64,000 nt of DNA from Azolla caroliniana (GCA_043228905.1 JBHGNT010000005.1:17546001-17610000), one strand, 5' to 3'. Counted from the first letter of the stretch, positions 14,422 to 28,400 are shown. Made by a program: numbers and translations. Notes: generated from the letters alone by a model not told the origin.

Positions 14422-15476
14422 CTACCCCCCACCTTAAGATGGAGGACCTGTCTTGTCAGGATATTGCCGATGGAAGTCCTCAATAAGAGCTCGAGCATTT
14501 ACCACATATTTGATTGGTTCTCAAGTACGCTTGCTTGGACTTTAGCCTAGCCAATCGACCAAATAGTAGAGTTTGTTGCGAACAATCTTGTAATCGAGGA
14601 TGGCAATAAATGGGCCGTCTTTGTATATCGATCTACTATTGTTAAGATCACATTTGTCAAAGATTATGTGCGGAAGCGTTAGACAAACCGGCCTTGCCGG
14701 ATAGCAATAGAGAGAGGGAGAGAGGTTAACACACAGAGTGTGCGCGGGAGAGATAGGTAGAGAGAGAGAGAGCATAACGTTAAAATTCTATTACAAAGCA
14801 ATAATAGTTCTCTGTACATAAAACGTGCTCAACAACACTATTTATACAAGTCCTAAGAGGACTGACAGGAGTACGGTGTACTTCAATGCTCACTCGAGCG
14901 TCTAACACTAACTAAGAGACTATTAACTATCTAGTAGTCTAGGCTACTACTAGGCTTCCGGTTAGTGTTAGATCCAGCTAACCGACTCCCTAGCTCACCG
15001 GCTCACCGATCTGTCTCATTGATCCGGCTTCATCCTTCTGGATGCCGATCCGGCTCAAGCTCATTCAGCTGATCCAGATCTGGTTGAGCAACCGCTCAAC
15101 ACTCCCCCTCAAGCTCAACTTGAGGTCGGATCGTAGTGTCAGTCTCCATGGCTGCCGGTCCTTCCACTCGGCTCCTTCGAGCGTCACTCCACCTCAATCC
15201 TGCTCCTCGTCCGGTTCGGTTCCGTTTGCCGCGACCCTTCTGATTCTGCATACCTCGAGCTCCTCGGTCGGCTTGTCTGCTCAACTGGCCCAATTTAGCT
15301 CCCTTGTTGCTGTGACTTCGGCGCTTGCCGATTCGCCGATTCCTTCGTGTTGGTGTCGACTTTCGCTGCCTTCTCGTCCTCTTGGCCTTGAATTGATCCG
15401 GTTCTTCTGAATCTGTCTGTTGAACCGAATCGGCTGTCTCCGATTCGTTCCAGCTCTTGTCCGAATCGGTCGCTCC

Positions 15477-18400
15477 TTATTCGTTTTCCGGTTCCAGGCC
15501 CTTCACCACATCGGACCATGTCCGGGTCTTGGCGGCTCTGTCCTTCTTGACTCTGCCGCCGCTGCCGCTTGTTCCGACTTGTTCAGATGTGTCAACTTCC
15601 TTTGTCGACTCGAATCCTTTCTTCTTCTTGTCTCTCCCCTTGTCGGTTCTTCCCTTACCGGTGCAATCGACAGTCTCTTTGCCTTTGTCTGTTCTGGTGT
15701 CTTTGCTAGTTCTCCCCCTCATGTGTGGCACGTCGAGATGTTGAACACCAAGCATTTCGGTGAAGTGCTGCAACTTGTCCGATCTGAGCGGTTTGGTGAA
15801 GATGTCGGCAACTTGCCGATCCGTATGAACATACCGAAGTTCGACTTCACCTCTCAGGACATGCTCACGCACGAAGTGGTAGTGCACTTCTATGTGCTTT
15901 GTGCGAGCATGGAATATGGGGTTCTTGGCGAGCTGCATGCTGCTTATGGTGAAGATGTCGGCAACTTGCCGATCCGTATGAACATACCAAAGTTCGACTT
16001 CACCTCTCAGGACATGCTCACGCACGAAGTGGTAGTGCACTTCTATGTGCTTTGTGCGAGCATGGAATATGGGGTTCTTGGCGAGCTGCATGCTGCTTAT
16101 GTTGTCGCAGTAGATCAGGATCGGGGTCGGCACCTCGATCCGCAGGTCTTGCAGCAGTCACCGAAGCCAAATGGCTTCATAGGTGGCAATGGTAGCGCAC
16201 CGGTATTCAGCCTCAGTGCTCGAAAGGGCCACTGTTGGCTACTTTTTGCTGCTCCACGCAACAACCGCGCTACCAAGGGAAAACATATAGCCGAAGGTGG
16301 ATCAGCGATTCGATGCATCGTCGGCCCAATCGGCATCGATGCAGCTGACTAGCTCTTCGGTTATACCATGCCGGTATAACAGTCCTCGTTCCTTCGTGTC
16401 ACTCACATATCGCAAAATTCGATGCACACACAAAAGGTGCTCCACAGTTGGCTTCTGCATATATTGGTTGATCACGCCGACCGGATAACTGATGTCGGGT
16501 CGGGTGATGGTCAAATATATAAGGCTTCCAACGATTTGTCGGAACCGCTTCTCATCGTAGGCCGGTCCGGAGTCGGGACAGAGCTTCTGGTTCCGGTCCA
16601 GGGGTGTAGAGATTGGTCGGCATTCCATCATGCCGAACTTGTACAACATACTCAACACATAGTGTCTTTGTGAGAGCAATATGCCGTTGGGGGTTCGGAT
16701 CACCTCGATCCCAAGGAAATAATGAAGGTCCCCCAGGTCCTTCATCTCAAATGCGTTCGACAGTTGGGACGTGACTCAGCTGATTTCATCGAGTCCGGGT
16801 CCGGTGATGACTAGATCATCAACATACCGTAAGATGCAAACTGGACCGTCTTGACCTTGCCGGATGAACAACGAAGAGTCGGACTTGGAGGCCGCAAACC
16901 CCATCTTACGCAACCGATGTGTGATCTTCGCATTCCAAGCTCGGGGGGCTTGCTTCAGGCCATAGAGTGACTTCTTTAGCTGGCATACCACCGACTTGTT
17001 CATCTCAGATTGGAAACCGGGAGGTTGGGTCATAAAGACCTCTTCTTCAAGATCGCCTTGAAGAAATGCATTCTTCACATCCATCTGGTGAAGATGCCAC
17101 CCCCTTGCCATAGTAACTGCAAGCACCACATGAACCGTCGTCATCTTCGCTACCGGAGCGAAGGTCTCATTGTAGTCCATTCTGTGGGTCTGCGCGTATC
17201 CCTTCGCCACTAACCGGGCCTTGTACCGGTTAACCGAACTGTTGGCATTGTACTTTACCTTGTACACCCACTTACATCCGATCGGTTTATAGTGTTGGGG
17301 AGGGTCAACTAGGTCCCATGTGTTGTTGGCATCAAGTGCCCGCATTTCTTCCTCCATAGTGGCACGCCAATTTGCGTCCTTTGCCGCTTCTACGTAGCTC
17401 TTCGGCTCACGCACTTCCGCCACCTTGGTCATGTACGCATAGTGATGCACCATGTACTCATTGTACCCATACCGCTTCATGTGGTTCTTCTAGCGGGAAG
17501 ACTGGCGTAACTTATCGTTACCCGGTTTGGGGCCCTTCTTGGCCGGTTCGGACTTTGTTCCTGAAGATCCACCTTCATCCTTTCTGGAGTCGGATTCGCT
17601 CCGATTTGACTCAACGTTGCCGATTTCGTATTCCGGCATCTTCTTCTTCCCTTTCTCTTTGTGCGAGAACCGTCTCCTCGGTTCCTTGCGCGGGGAGAGC
17701 ACGACATAGTCTCCACTACTTGCCGGTTCCTCATCCGACTGGTCATCCCGACTTAGCCGCTCATTCGGTCCACTCAACCGAAACGATTCCGGACCCTCAT
17801 CTAGAGTCTCGAACCCTTCGTCTTCTAGCTAGACCTGTTCAAGCTCACTAGCCTCATCCTCCGGTATCGGGTCGGGGTCGGAAGTCAGAGCTGGTAAGGC
17901 ATACCATGATGCCGTCTCATCAAACTCAACATCCCGGCTAACTCGGACCTGCTTCGTCAGGGGGTTATAACACTTATACCCCTTTTGCTCATGCGAGTAA
18001 CCGACCAAGATGCATTTCTTCGACTTTGCATCCAGCTTCCTCCGCTTCTCACCTGGCACATGCACATATGCAACGCTACCGAATATCCGAAGGTGTCGCA
18101 AATTCGGCTTGTGCCCGAAATATAGCTCATGCAAGGACACCTTGTCACCGATCCGGTTTTGAATATAGACGGTTGTCCGGACCGCCTCAACCCAATAGAA
18201 TTTGGGCATGCTCTTCTCCTCCAACATCGCCCTTGCCGCATCGATAAGTGACTGGTTCTTCCTTTCGGCCACACCATTTTGCTTCGGTGTGTATCTACAA
18301 CTAAACTCTCTCCGAATTCCTTTTTGCTGCAGATAGCTGTTGAGTTGGCCGGAAAAATATTATTTTCTGCCATCCGACCGCAGACACTTGATCTTCCTCT

Positions 18401-20161
18401 TCGTTTCCCGTTCAACCAGGCTTTGCAGGTTCCGGAAACACTCGAAGACTTCGCTCTTTCGCTCAATGAGGTAGATCCATGTGTGCTGGCTATAGTCGTC
18501 AATGAAGGAGACGAAGTATCGACTCCCGCCAAGACTAACGTTTTGTGTCGGTCCCCATACATCCGAATGGATTAGATCGAGCTTGTTATGGCTCCGGTTT
18601 CGTTCGGTGGGGAATGGAAGCCGATGTTGCTTCTCGAGTTGGCAGGCTTCACATACTTGGACCTTCCAGCCACTAAACTTCGGCAAACCAAAAACAACGT
18701 GTTTCGTTTGCAAGTCTTGAAGCCTCTGGTAATTGACGTGGCCAATCCGCTTGTGCCAGAGATCGATATCCGATTCAATCTTCTGTCCTTTGGCGAACAA
18801 AGGGGGGCCGACGTCATTGGTGTTGAGGATAAACATCCTCCCGTTTCTGCGCCCTTGAGCAATGATTTGGCCCTCTTCCTCCATGAAGCATCCGAGGTGC
18901 GTAAACCGCACTTGCATCCCCTGGTCGACAATCTGTCCAACCGACACCAGGTTCTTCGTGATGGTCGAAATGTGTAATACGTTCATCAGCTTCCCCCTCT
19001 GTCCTACATGGCTCAAAGGGACTTCTTCGACATGCATGATTGGGTGTGGAGTGTCGTCTCCGGTTTCGACAACTTCTGGTGTTCCGGTTTCTCCAAGAAA
19101 GAGAACCACTCTTTGTGGCTCATCATGTGATTCGACGCACCGGAATCAACGTACCCCACTTCCTCCGATTTGGAAGTGGTCTTCTTCATTGAGTTAGCCT
19201 TGTGTTTCATCACCAAGGCTAGCCCTTTACTGGCTTCTCCGGTTTTGGATCCTGCCAATCCTTTTGCGTAATGCAAGTATTGCCGGTTCTCTCTGCTGGC
19301 CTTGCCAGATCCGGATCTGTCCAAATCGGCGTGCTTCTTCCAGCACTCGCTTTCTCTGTGGTCCTTTTTACCACAGTACCAACATTCTATGTCGGCCTTT
19401 GCTTGTTGGCCTTCGGCGCCGCCTTGACTCCCCCTGCTTGTGGAGGGTCCGGAACTGTTGTCGGCACATTCTCTGTGCCTTTGGTCCTGCTCTTGCCGAT
19501 TGTGTTACCATTGCGAGCCAACCCGCCTCGTCCACCACATCCACGGGGCCGATCTGCCTCCGTGTACAACATTTGGTTGTGTTGACGCACCGGCCTGGTT
19601 CTCCTCTACAAGGAGCATCGACTGTAAGTCGAAAAATGATGACGTATTCTCCCTTGTACATGCCGCCGTTCGGAACGCTCTGAATTTAGACGCTAGGCCC
19701 CCATGACAGATCTGCACCATCTCATCTTCCTCTACAGTGACGTTGATAGAGGTAAGTGAGTCGTAGATCTCTTTGATTCGGGCCATGTAATCGGTCACTA
19801 ACATGTCCTTCTGTCGGACATTGCTCAACTCCTATCGGAGTTGCAACTTCCAGGCCGTAGTGCTTGCCACGAAAACCTTCTTCAGTTTTCCCCAAGCTTC
19901 CTTTGGCGTCTTGGCATCTCGGACATGGCTCAGCAGCTGGTCTCCGACACTAGACGCAAAGCAGTACATCACTCTGCTTGCCACTTGTTCCCACACTGGG
20001 AAGTCCTTGTGTGCCGCATCAGGTGCTGTGTCGTTAGCTCCGTCGACATAGCTCCAGTAACCATGCCCAAGCATGTATTGGTGCATCTTGTATGACCAAG
20101 ATGCGTAGTTGGATCTGTCGAGCTTCTCCATCGGGAGCGAGCTAGCCATTCCTCTGTCCAT
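15477..20161 (-). pseudogene. Degenerate gag-pol of Copia H
   Basis: Gag (LDRSNYASWS), PR (VDSGASNHM), IN (HSDVWGP), RT (LHQMDVKNAFL, YVDDL), RH (ARTKHIEVHYHFVRE); multiple stops and frameshifts. Confidence 0.9.
15794..16099. repeat. In-frame 153-bp tandem duplication in the RNase H of Copia H
   Basis: The ISSMQLAKNP...VADIFT block is repeated twice in ORF 15477-16133. Confidence 0.9.
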
Positions 20162-22109
20162 TATTTCTCTTCCTATTCTTACCGGGTCTTAGGGTTTGTC
20201 TTTAGATGCTGATGTCGGTTGCAGAGGTTCTCAACCCTCGTGCTCTGATACCATGTGAAAGATTATGTGTGGAAGCGTCAGACAAACCGGCCTTGCCGGA
20301 TAGCAATAGAGAGAGAGAGAGAGGTTAACACACAGAGTGTGCGCGGGAGAGACAGAGACAGAGAGAGAGCAGAACGTTAAAATTCTATTACAAAGCAATA
20401 ATAGTTCTTTGTACATAAAACGTGCTCAACAACACTATTTATACAAGTCCTAAGAGGACTGACAAAAGTACGGTGTACTTCAATGCTCACTCGAGTGTCT
20501 GACACTAACTATGAGACTATTAACTATCTAGTAGTCTAGGCTACTACTAGGCTTTTGGTTACTGTTAGATCCAGCTCACTAGCTCCCCAGCTCACCGGCT
20601 CAATTGCTCACCAGCTCGCCGATCTGGCTCAGGCTTATTCAGCCGATCCGGATCCGGTTGAGCCTGCCACTCAACTACATTGAAACCCTTTGAAACTAGA
20701 AGATCTATGATAAAATCTAGAGAAATGCACTGCCATGGCTTGCTTGGAAGTGGTAATGGTTCCAATAAACCATATGGATGATGTCTTGGCATCTTTGCTC
20801 TACAACATGTATCACATGTCCGAACATATTCTTCGACAAATCATCTCATATGAGACCACCAAAATGATCGTTATACTAAATTCAACGTTTTAGTACTACC
20901 AAAATGTCCAACTGTATATGTGTCATGACAATTTTGGACTACTTGAAGGTGACAAGAACCATTGGGAACATACAATAGTTTCTTAAAATAGTAATCCATC
21001 ATGACATTTGAATTGTCGATAGTCTGTACCTGGTTGTTGTGACTGTGAACAGGTTCCCTGCGAGGAATTAATTTGCGCTAAAATGGCTTGAGCGAAAGTG
21101 TCTGTCTTCAAGTCTTCACGTATGGTCTCGATAATACGGGAATCCAATGGAGTGTCACAAACCCACGTTGCTTGTAGTCATGTTGGTCCCAAGATGACTT
21201 GCTTTTTATTATCGAATGTTGGATCACCAGGACAAGGTGCTAGATTCAAGCACCGCGATAATGCATTTGCCTTCCCTTGCTGCTTCCCAGGACGAGATGT
21301 AATTTTGAAGTCGAAGCGAGTGAGGAATTGGGCCCACCAAGCTTGTCGTCGATTTAATACACGAGCATTTTGGAATATAGGCAAGGTTTTTGTGATCACT
21401 AAATACGGTGATTTGATGAGAAGATCCCTCTAAAAAATGGCATCATTGTGCAAAAGAGTCCACTATTGCTAATAGCTCCTTGTCATGTATCTCATAGTTG
21501 ATTTCGGCGGTGTCTAACTTGCACGAGTGGAAAGCCACAGGATGTAGTTTTTCATCATTGCCTTGTTGTGACAAAATGCTACCAAGGGCGAAATCCGACG
21601 CGTTTGCCTCCATGATGAACGGTTTTTTCGGATCAACATGAGCTAGAATAGGAGTTGATGTAAATGCTTTCTTAATACTTACAAAAACCCTGTCTTATTC
21701 CATAGACCAAACTAACGACTGCCCCTTCTTGGTAATTTGTGTGAGAGGCAAAATAAGCTTTGAGTAGTCCTGTATAAACTTGCGGTAGAAATTTGCGAAC
21801 CCTAAAAAACATTGCACATCTCGCAACGAATAGGATGTCTGCCACTCTACCACCGTTTTGACCTTAGCTAGATCCATGGAGATGCCTTCCGAGGAGATGA
21901 CATAGCCTAGAAATTCCACCTGATTGTAGTCAAAACTACATTTTTCTAGTTTTGCATAAAGACCATGTTTTCGAAGTCGTTTTAGTACTAATAGTGTTAG
22001 AACAAAGCAAGAGATTGAACGATTGAAAGAAGGTATAAGAGAATAGAAGAAGAGAGGACAATGGATTGATAAGATATGAGTGGGTTTATTATAATAGAAT
22101 GAGTACAAG

Positions 22110-22146
22110 AACACCGGGTCATTTGAAACAGGTAATATGTCGCATT
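22110..22146 (+). repeat. Left terminal inverted repeat (37 bp)
   Basis: Reverse complement of 29645-29681 with two C/T differences. Confidence 0.93.
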
Positions 22147-22436
22147 ATGAGAACACTACGTCGAAAAAGGGCACAAAAGCACGCAGTTTTCAAAAAGACA
22201 CGACACATGCGTAAAGCTTTTCAGAAAAGGTGGCAAAATATATTGAATTTCAACATGACTACTACTTTGAGGCATAAGTAAAATGCCTCCAAAAATACAT
22301 CACCAAAATTACAAAATAATGTACAACATGTCTACCAGTTACAATTATACATATTCGTGAGTTTACATCCAAAACAAATTTACAAAGTTTCCAATCATGT
22401 AGTAAAACAATTCCCAGCTTGAACCAAACCAATATA

Positions 22437-25111
22437 TTAAGACATGTTTGATGGACTAGAAGAGCATTCTGACGTCTCATCCTCATCATCAGTGGCAATC
22501 AAAGCATTATCCTCATCCAATTCCAACCCAACATCTTTGTGGTTATGAGAATTGCTTATGGTTATTCTCTGTATTTCGTTTGACACCATGTTTGGGATTT
22601 TCTCCTTTATTATCTTGATAGTTACTTGTCTTAGATGACCTGATTTTGTCAATGAGAAGTCATATACTAGTATGTCAACACGGTCTAGTGCGAGAGTAGC
22701 TGTGCTCGGTATATTCTTTCTTCTTCTCTTTCTGCTTGAACATCCGACATCCTTAACCATCTCTAAAGAATACTTTCTTGTAAATGCATCAGGTGAAGTT
22801 GTCTGATACCAGTGGACTACTATTGACTTTGTCTGACTACTTTCTTCATTCCTTACTAATTCAATAATTTTTGCAATCCAAAATGGATGGCCCAAGGTAT
22901 CGTCCCCTGCTAATGTTGCAACCAACATTCCCACTTGTAGTTCTTGCAAATTACCTTGCCATCTTGCCTCAACAGTACGTGACTTTCTTGGTCCCACATA
23001 AATATCTCTTTGCAGTGGCCGAACTAAATCATGAAGCTCCATATTATTCAATTGTTGGTGATGAGTCTGCGATATCGTTGATGTCATCCCAATGTTCCAT
23101 GTGAGTGGGATACGGATTGGCCATAAACCGGCGATGTAATTATCTAAAATGGTGCGTTGATGGGTGAAGAAAATCTCCCACCATTCAACATCCTCATCAC
23201 CGGCATACTTCTTAGTCCGATCAATATTATTTTGTTTCTCTGCTAGACATCTCAACCAATATGCCCTTTGTTCATCAATAGTACTATTTGGTGCTACATT
23301 TTTACGATCATCATATGGCATTTGTTGTGCACCATGTAGAGGTTCATCTGGGATATGAAGAAGGAGCCTACAACCTTCTTATTGGGCTCCCATTGTGCAC
23401 TAGATGAGTATTGTTTCGCAAACAACACCGTCATCTTGAGGTGGGCCGATCTTTGTTTTATGAGGAAGACATGGTTGAAACTTATATTATTAAGAGGTGC
23501 AAACACCCTACCTTTAGTCCCGTCACTATCCATGCAGAAACGTTTAAAGTCGTATACTTCTTCCAAGTGTTGTACTTCAGGCTTTGGTGTATATGCTTCA
23601 CTAATCAATTTGGATAGCGTGGGAAGTGTGAAAGCATTACAATGAGCAAGTTTCTTTGAGAACCTACTGAACATTTGATCTATGTGATCATGGGTATGAC
23701 CAACCAACAAGAAGTTAACCTTTATCTTTTTAAATATGCCCCTCTCTACTAGCATGCTTAGATAGCCGAAGACAGTTGAGTTCTTATTCTCTCTTGCTGT
23801 GTTGTCTAGTTGCACATATAGAACTGGTGGGAGTATACCTGACCATGATTGCAATACCCTGTGCATGACAGTGACAGTAAGATTAGGGTCGTTGTGGATA
23901 TTGGGATAAGTTAAGAACACTTGCGGTCTTATAGTTTGACAATATGTCAAACAACCCACTAGATGCATTTGCACTAGACACTCATCTCCAATATCCTTGG
24001 GGAGTCTTTGAAAATGCGGCAAACAAGTTTTCTTTTGATCCATGCCGTCAATAATCATGCACATATACTTTTCGGGAGATTGAAACGCTTTTTGTCGGTG
24101 ATGCATAGCCTTAGTACGTTCCAATGCCTGACTTTCACGATGTTCTTTTAACAGGTTCTTGTAATTCTTGATCTCTACATCTGATTTTCCACCCTTGGCC
24201 ATACTTTTTAAACTCACACATATTGAGCAGACTCCCATTCGCACCTTTCGTGGGATAACCACGTTATTAAATTGTAACCTCCATAGTCGATTAAAATGCC
24301 TGTACTGTATGTAAGGCTCAACATCGGAAGACATGTCGTCCTTGTACGATTGGTAAACTTCCCTTCGAGTAAAGTTATCTGACAAATGAAGTCTTCCTGT
24401 TGTTGGCATAACTTCGCACTGTTTTGAAAAATATACCTCCATCCACCTAATTGCCTGTTGCCCAATTTGACCCTTACATCCAGAACCATTTTGATCGAAC
24501 TGTACCCAGGAGCCCTTCAGAAGTCGCTCTTGAACTCGTTGCAGCCGCATATTTCCAATGCTATGAGTGATTTTAAAAGCTGCTCGACAACACTTGGTAT
24601 TTAGTCCAAGGAAATATTCAACTTGCGTTGAATTAGGCCCTGCTTTGTGATCCAATTTAAGTTGCATATGCGAAAGAAGAAATGTATCTTGCTCTTCCCC
24701 ATTAAGCGACAAGTATTTTTGTCGTGTTTCACGTAACCTTGACTTTCCATAAGTTGATAGATAGAGATTCGCACAACACGATTTGTTCAAGTCGCATAGA
24801 AGTTGACGATCAGAACATAAGAAATTAAATCTCTTTTCACTAACTTGTCGAGGAACTCTTTTAAATGCTAGAGGTTTAGTAATGCTATTGTTATCTATTG
24901 ACGAAGAATCGTCCGCTTGTAAGCTTGCATGCAGAGGGCCATCAACAGGATCAATTGAAAACAGAGAATTCGAAGTACTAGGAGCCACACTTTTCTGTTT
25001 AAGCCGCGAATGTTTTTTGTGGTCATACTCTTCTATTGAGAAATACGAGTTGTCTGACAATGAAAAGGGGGCAATAGAAAAAAGAGATGTTCTACTTGTA
25101 GAAGAAGACAT
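22437..25111 (-). CDS. Sola-like (DUF7869-type) DDD transposase, ~890 aa, one frameshift near 23380; BAH/Tudor-like C-terminal region
   Basis: CSIC...H motif and acidic triad motifs IIDGMDQ, QLDNTARENKN, FLLVGHTHDHIDQMFS in ORF 23294-25111. The frame continues as EGCRLLLHIPDEPLHGAQQMPY into ORF 22437-23321. Lies inside the TIRs. Family label is from memory of motifs. Confidence 0.82.
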
Positions 25112-25408
25112 TTGAGGGAGTCTAACTGTATTCTAAAACCTTCTTTTGAGAAAATTAAGGAATGCTAAAGCCTAACTATATAATTACCCGAACACTTAGA
25201 TTAACTATATTATTTTCCGACATTTTTCTAAAAAACAAATAATTCAAAATTATTTTTTATTTTAAAAGGAATGCTAAAGTCTTCTATATAAGGAGGTTAG
25301 AAATTTCATTTTCATTATCACGTGAAAGAATCCATCGAGCTCAGAGCACAGGCCAATTTTCGAGCACTCAGAAGCACATCGTCGACAGCACTACCTCCGG
25401 CACGAATC
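25112..25408. promoter_or_regulatory. Divergent promoter region between the transposase and methyltransferase genes
   Basis: ~300 bp AT-rich spacer between opposite ATGs, with a ~26-bp direct repeat aaggaatgctaaag....ctatata at 25157-25182 and 25266-25291. Confidence 0.55.
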
Positions 25409-28400
25409 ATGAACAAGGGAAAGAAAATCGTCAGGTTAGTAATATTCTTTACATTTTTTAAGATTCCTAAAGATTCCTTAAAGATTCCTTTCCTCAACAC
25501 ATAGAAATTTTATTTTATTTTGTACAACGAACTTGGAAAGCAATTCTGAAAGGCAGGACCTTCAACCAAAATCCGTTGCACTGCTTCGGATTTTGGTTGA
25601 AAGTCATGCGATAGTTTTTTATCGCAAAAACAACATTTTTTTCAACGCAAATCCGATGCAAAAAATTGTACGTTGTTTCTATGTTTTCACCAACGTTTTT
25701 AATTTCAGTGAACCCAGACAAAAAGTTCCTTCATTTAGATTGAAGATTCGATCTTCGACAAAATGAGATTCTGGCTCCTTCATGAAGGACACGATTAAAA
25801 AGATTTTATTTGACTCAACGGGGGAAGGAGGATCCAAGTCATCTGTGGCTACTACCAAAATCAACAAAGGTAGTACGCAAGAGGAGAAAATGGTTGAGGT
25901 GAAATATAAGGATTACCCCGAACTTGAATGGTGTCTCTCCTATGTCGAGGAGGATGGGGTGATGTTATTGATAACAGCAAAATCGGACGGGGAAGGGAAA
26001 CTTCAGCTTGGAAAAACATTTAATTACGGGCATGTAACCAAGCTAGAGTACGAAGACATTGACTCTACAAGTATTTTAATCGACGTCTCGAGCTCAGTTG
26101 GCAACATGCGATTGCGACTTGACGAGGGAAACCTAGTACCTGAATCTTGCAATCCCAAGGCTTTGCGTAAAGACCTGCAAACGAAAAATAACTTGTTGGT
26201 AGCTCTTCGGCCGTACGTGACAGGAGAGATGATGACCGGTGAAGCAGAAACTCCACCGAAAAAGTCTAGGAAGACAAATCCTGTTCAAAAGAAATATACT
26301 AAACGACCACGACCCGAAGAAGGAGAAGAAGAAATATTAGAGTTCGTGGAAGAAGAAGACGACCAACAAGTCGACGTCGTGGCTCCAGGCGGACAACTAT
26401 CTTCTGGTGTCCTGACGTCAGAACAAAATAAAATAAGAGAAAATATTGTGAAGACTAAACTTGTGCGCAGGGGCCATCTATTTCATTTGCCCATTACTTC
26501 TATCCAAAGGCCCCCCATTGACCCCGTGACTGGAAGACGTCCCCTGGAAATTAGGGAGCCGCACTCCGTCCATGTGCAAAACCTGAAAAGCAAAATGAAA
26601 ATCAATCCTCACGCTACTGTGGTGCCATTTTTGGTAATGGTTGATCAAGAACAATGCCCAATAGTAGCAGATTTCAAGTATAGCTCTACAGACGATTACA
26701 CATACTATGTAATCGGAGGATCACATTCAGCCGAAGCTCGACGACAGCTTGTCAAAGAATATCCTCTCACGCCGTTCTTCAAGTACGCCGAATGTAAGGT
26801 ATATGCAGGACTAACTCACGAGGAGGCGAAGCTGCTCGCATGGGACCATAACAATGACAACGATTATAGGCAAAAGATGTCATGTATAGAGAGGATAAGA
26901 TTTTTTCATCATGAATACCTGGATGCCTTGAATCGTTTTGGTCCAAGATTGTGGCCTGGATTGCGACGCCAGTGTTTATTGGAAGTAGGGATTGTAGTGG
27001 ATGAGAGTACCAAATCCGAAGGTCTCCGAAAATATGATTCTTGGTTTCAATTGGCTTTTCGGACCAGAGAGGTGTGGGATCTCCAAGACAAAATATTCTC
27101 TATGTGGGAGCGGAAAGAAGTCAAGGGGCAAAGATAAAAAAAGGGAAGAATTGATCCACAAGTTGAGATGAAATCAAAGACCAAGGGAAAAAGCGACTTG
27201 GTAATCGAGGAGTTAGTAGAGGACATGAAACTTTTACCTTGGAGATCATTACAAGGTATCAAAGATGATAGATTGTTAATATCCGTGCTATCTCGAGTGG
27301 TCGCCAAGGAATTTAGTTTGGACGAGATGGTAACAGACTTGCAAAAGTAAGTGTTTATAGTATACCTTTTCATGAAAGTCTTCAATTAGTTTGGATATCT
27401 TATTTCTAATTTCATATTGATTGTGCAGTCACAAGGTATACATGAAGATTCAGGAGTTGATGATGCAAAAACTGAGTTTACCGACATGGGAAGAAGTTGA
27501 ACAAGCCTGCCCGATAACTTCTTCCTACAAGGCATTGGAGGAATATTTTATTGTATTTAGAGAATGGGTATGTGTCTTTTGAATGTTGATATGTTAGAAA
27601 CTAATGTTCCCTACTAACAACAATGACACTTGCAGAAACCATCAAAATTGAAAAAGAACAACGACAATAATGACGGTATTCCAGCGGCCTTCATCACGCA
27701 CTTAGAATGTGTGAAATATGAGAAGAGAATGACCAAAGGGAAGGAAATGAAACTGCCCGAGGATTCGGAGACTGTAAAGAGTTTTTTGCATAGGTCCAAT
27801 CCTTTCAAATAGCTTCATTATAGTGTTTTCAATGGCGAAGTATCCCAGATGCTCGAACTGTTACCGAGAAGGCACTACACTTTGCTGATAGCTGACATAC
27901 CATATGGTTTCCGTATTGCGGGATCAACATATGATGATGTGCCTTTCAAGTACCCTCAGATCGAGAAAATGGTAAAGGATTTTGCAGAACTGACATTGGC
28001 CCCCTTGTGGAGGATAGTCATATTTCATAGCATGGGGCAATCACTGTCAGTCACAACAGCTTCGAAGTCCCGTTGTCATGCCACTGAACACATGCATTGG
28101 TGCGTTATAGTTCGCTTTTACTCATTACAGTACTTCTTATTATATGTACACATTTACACCTCTAATACTTGATTTTCTTTCTCTATAGGATCAAAACAAA
28201 TATTACACGTAGCCCTGGCGATCGAATGGTTAGTGCGGTCGAACATTTTTGTGTGGGCTACTATGATTCAATTACAAAGAAGAAGGCTAGAGCACATGTC
28301 AATGTGCGTAACGTGGTTAACTACATCATGTGCCCAGCTGTAACCAAAAAATTAAGACATGTGTCAGGGGATAAAAGTATGGTGAACCCTTATCAAAAAC

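Larger units (their letters stand above)
14655..20676 (-). mobile_element. Full-length Copia element H with iMet PBS
   Basis: LTRs 14655-15101 and 20254-20676; PPT 15102-15113; PBS gctctgatacca 20242-20253; TSD ACATT at 14650-14654 and 20677-20681. Domain order gag-PR-IN-RT-RH. Confidence 0.93.

Noticed and set aside
15420-16352. 310-aa plus-strand ORF and other antisense ORFs over retroelements (e.g. most of 38142-38897)
   Set aside because: Shadow frames of pol/gag; only the first ~57 codons of 38142 are true gag of E.
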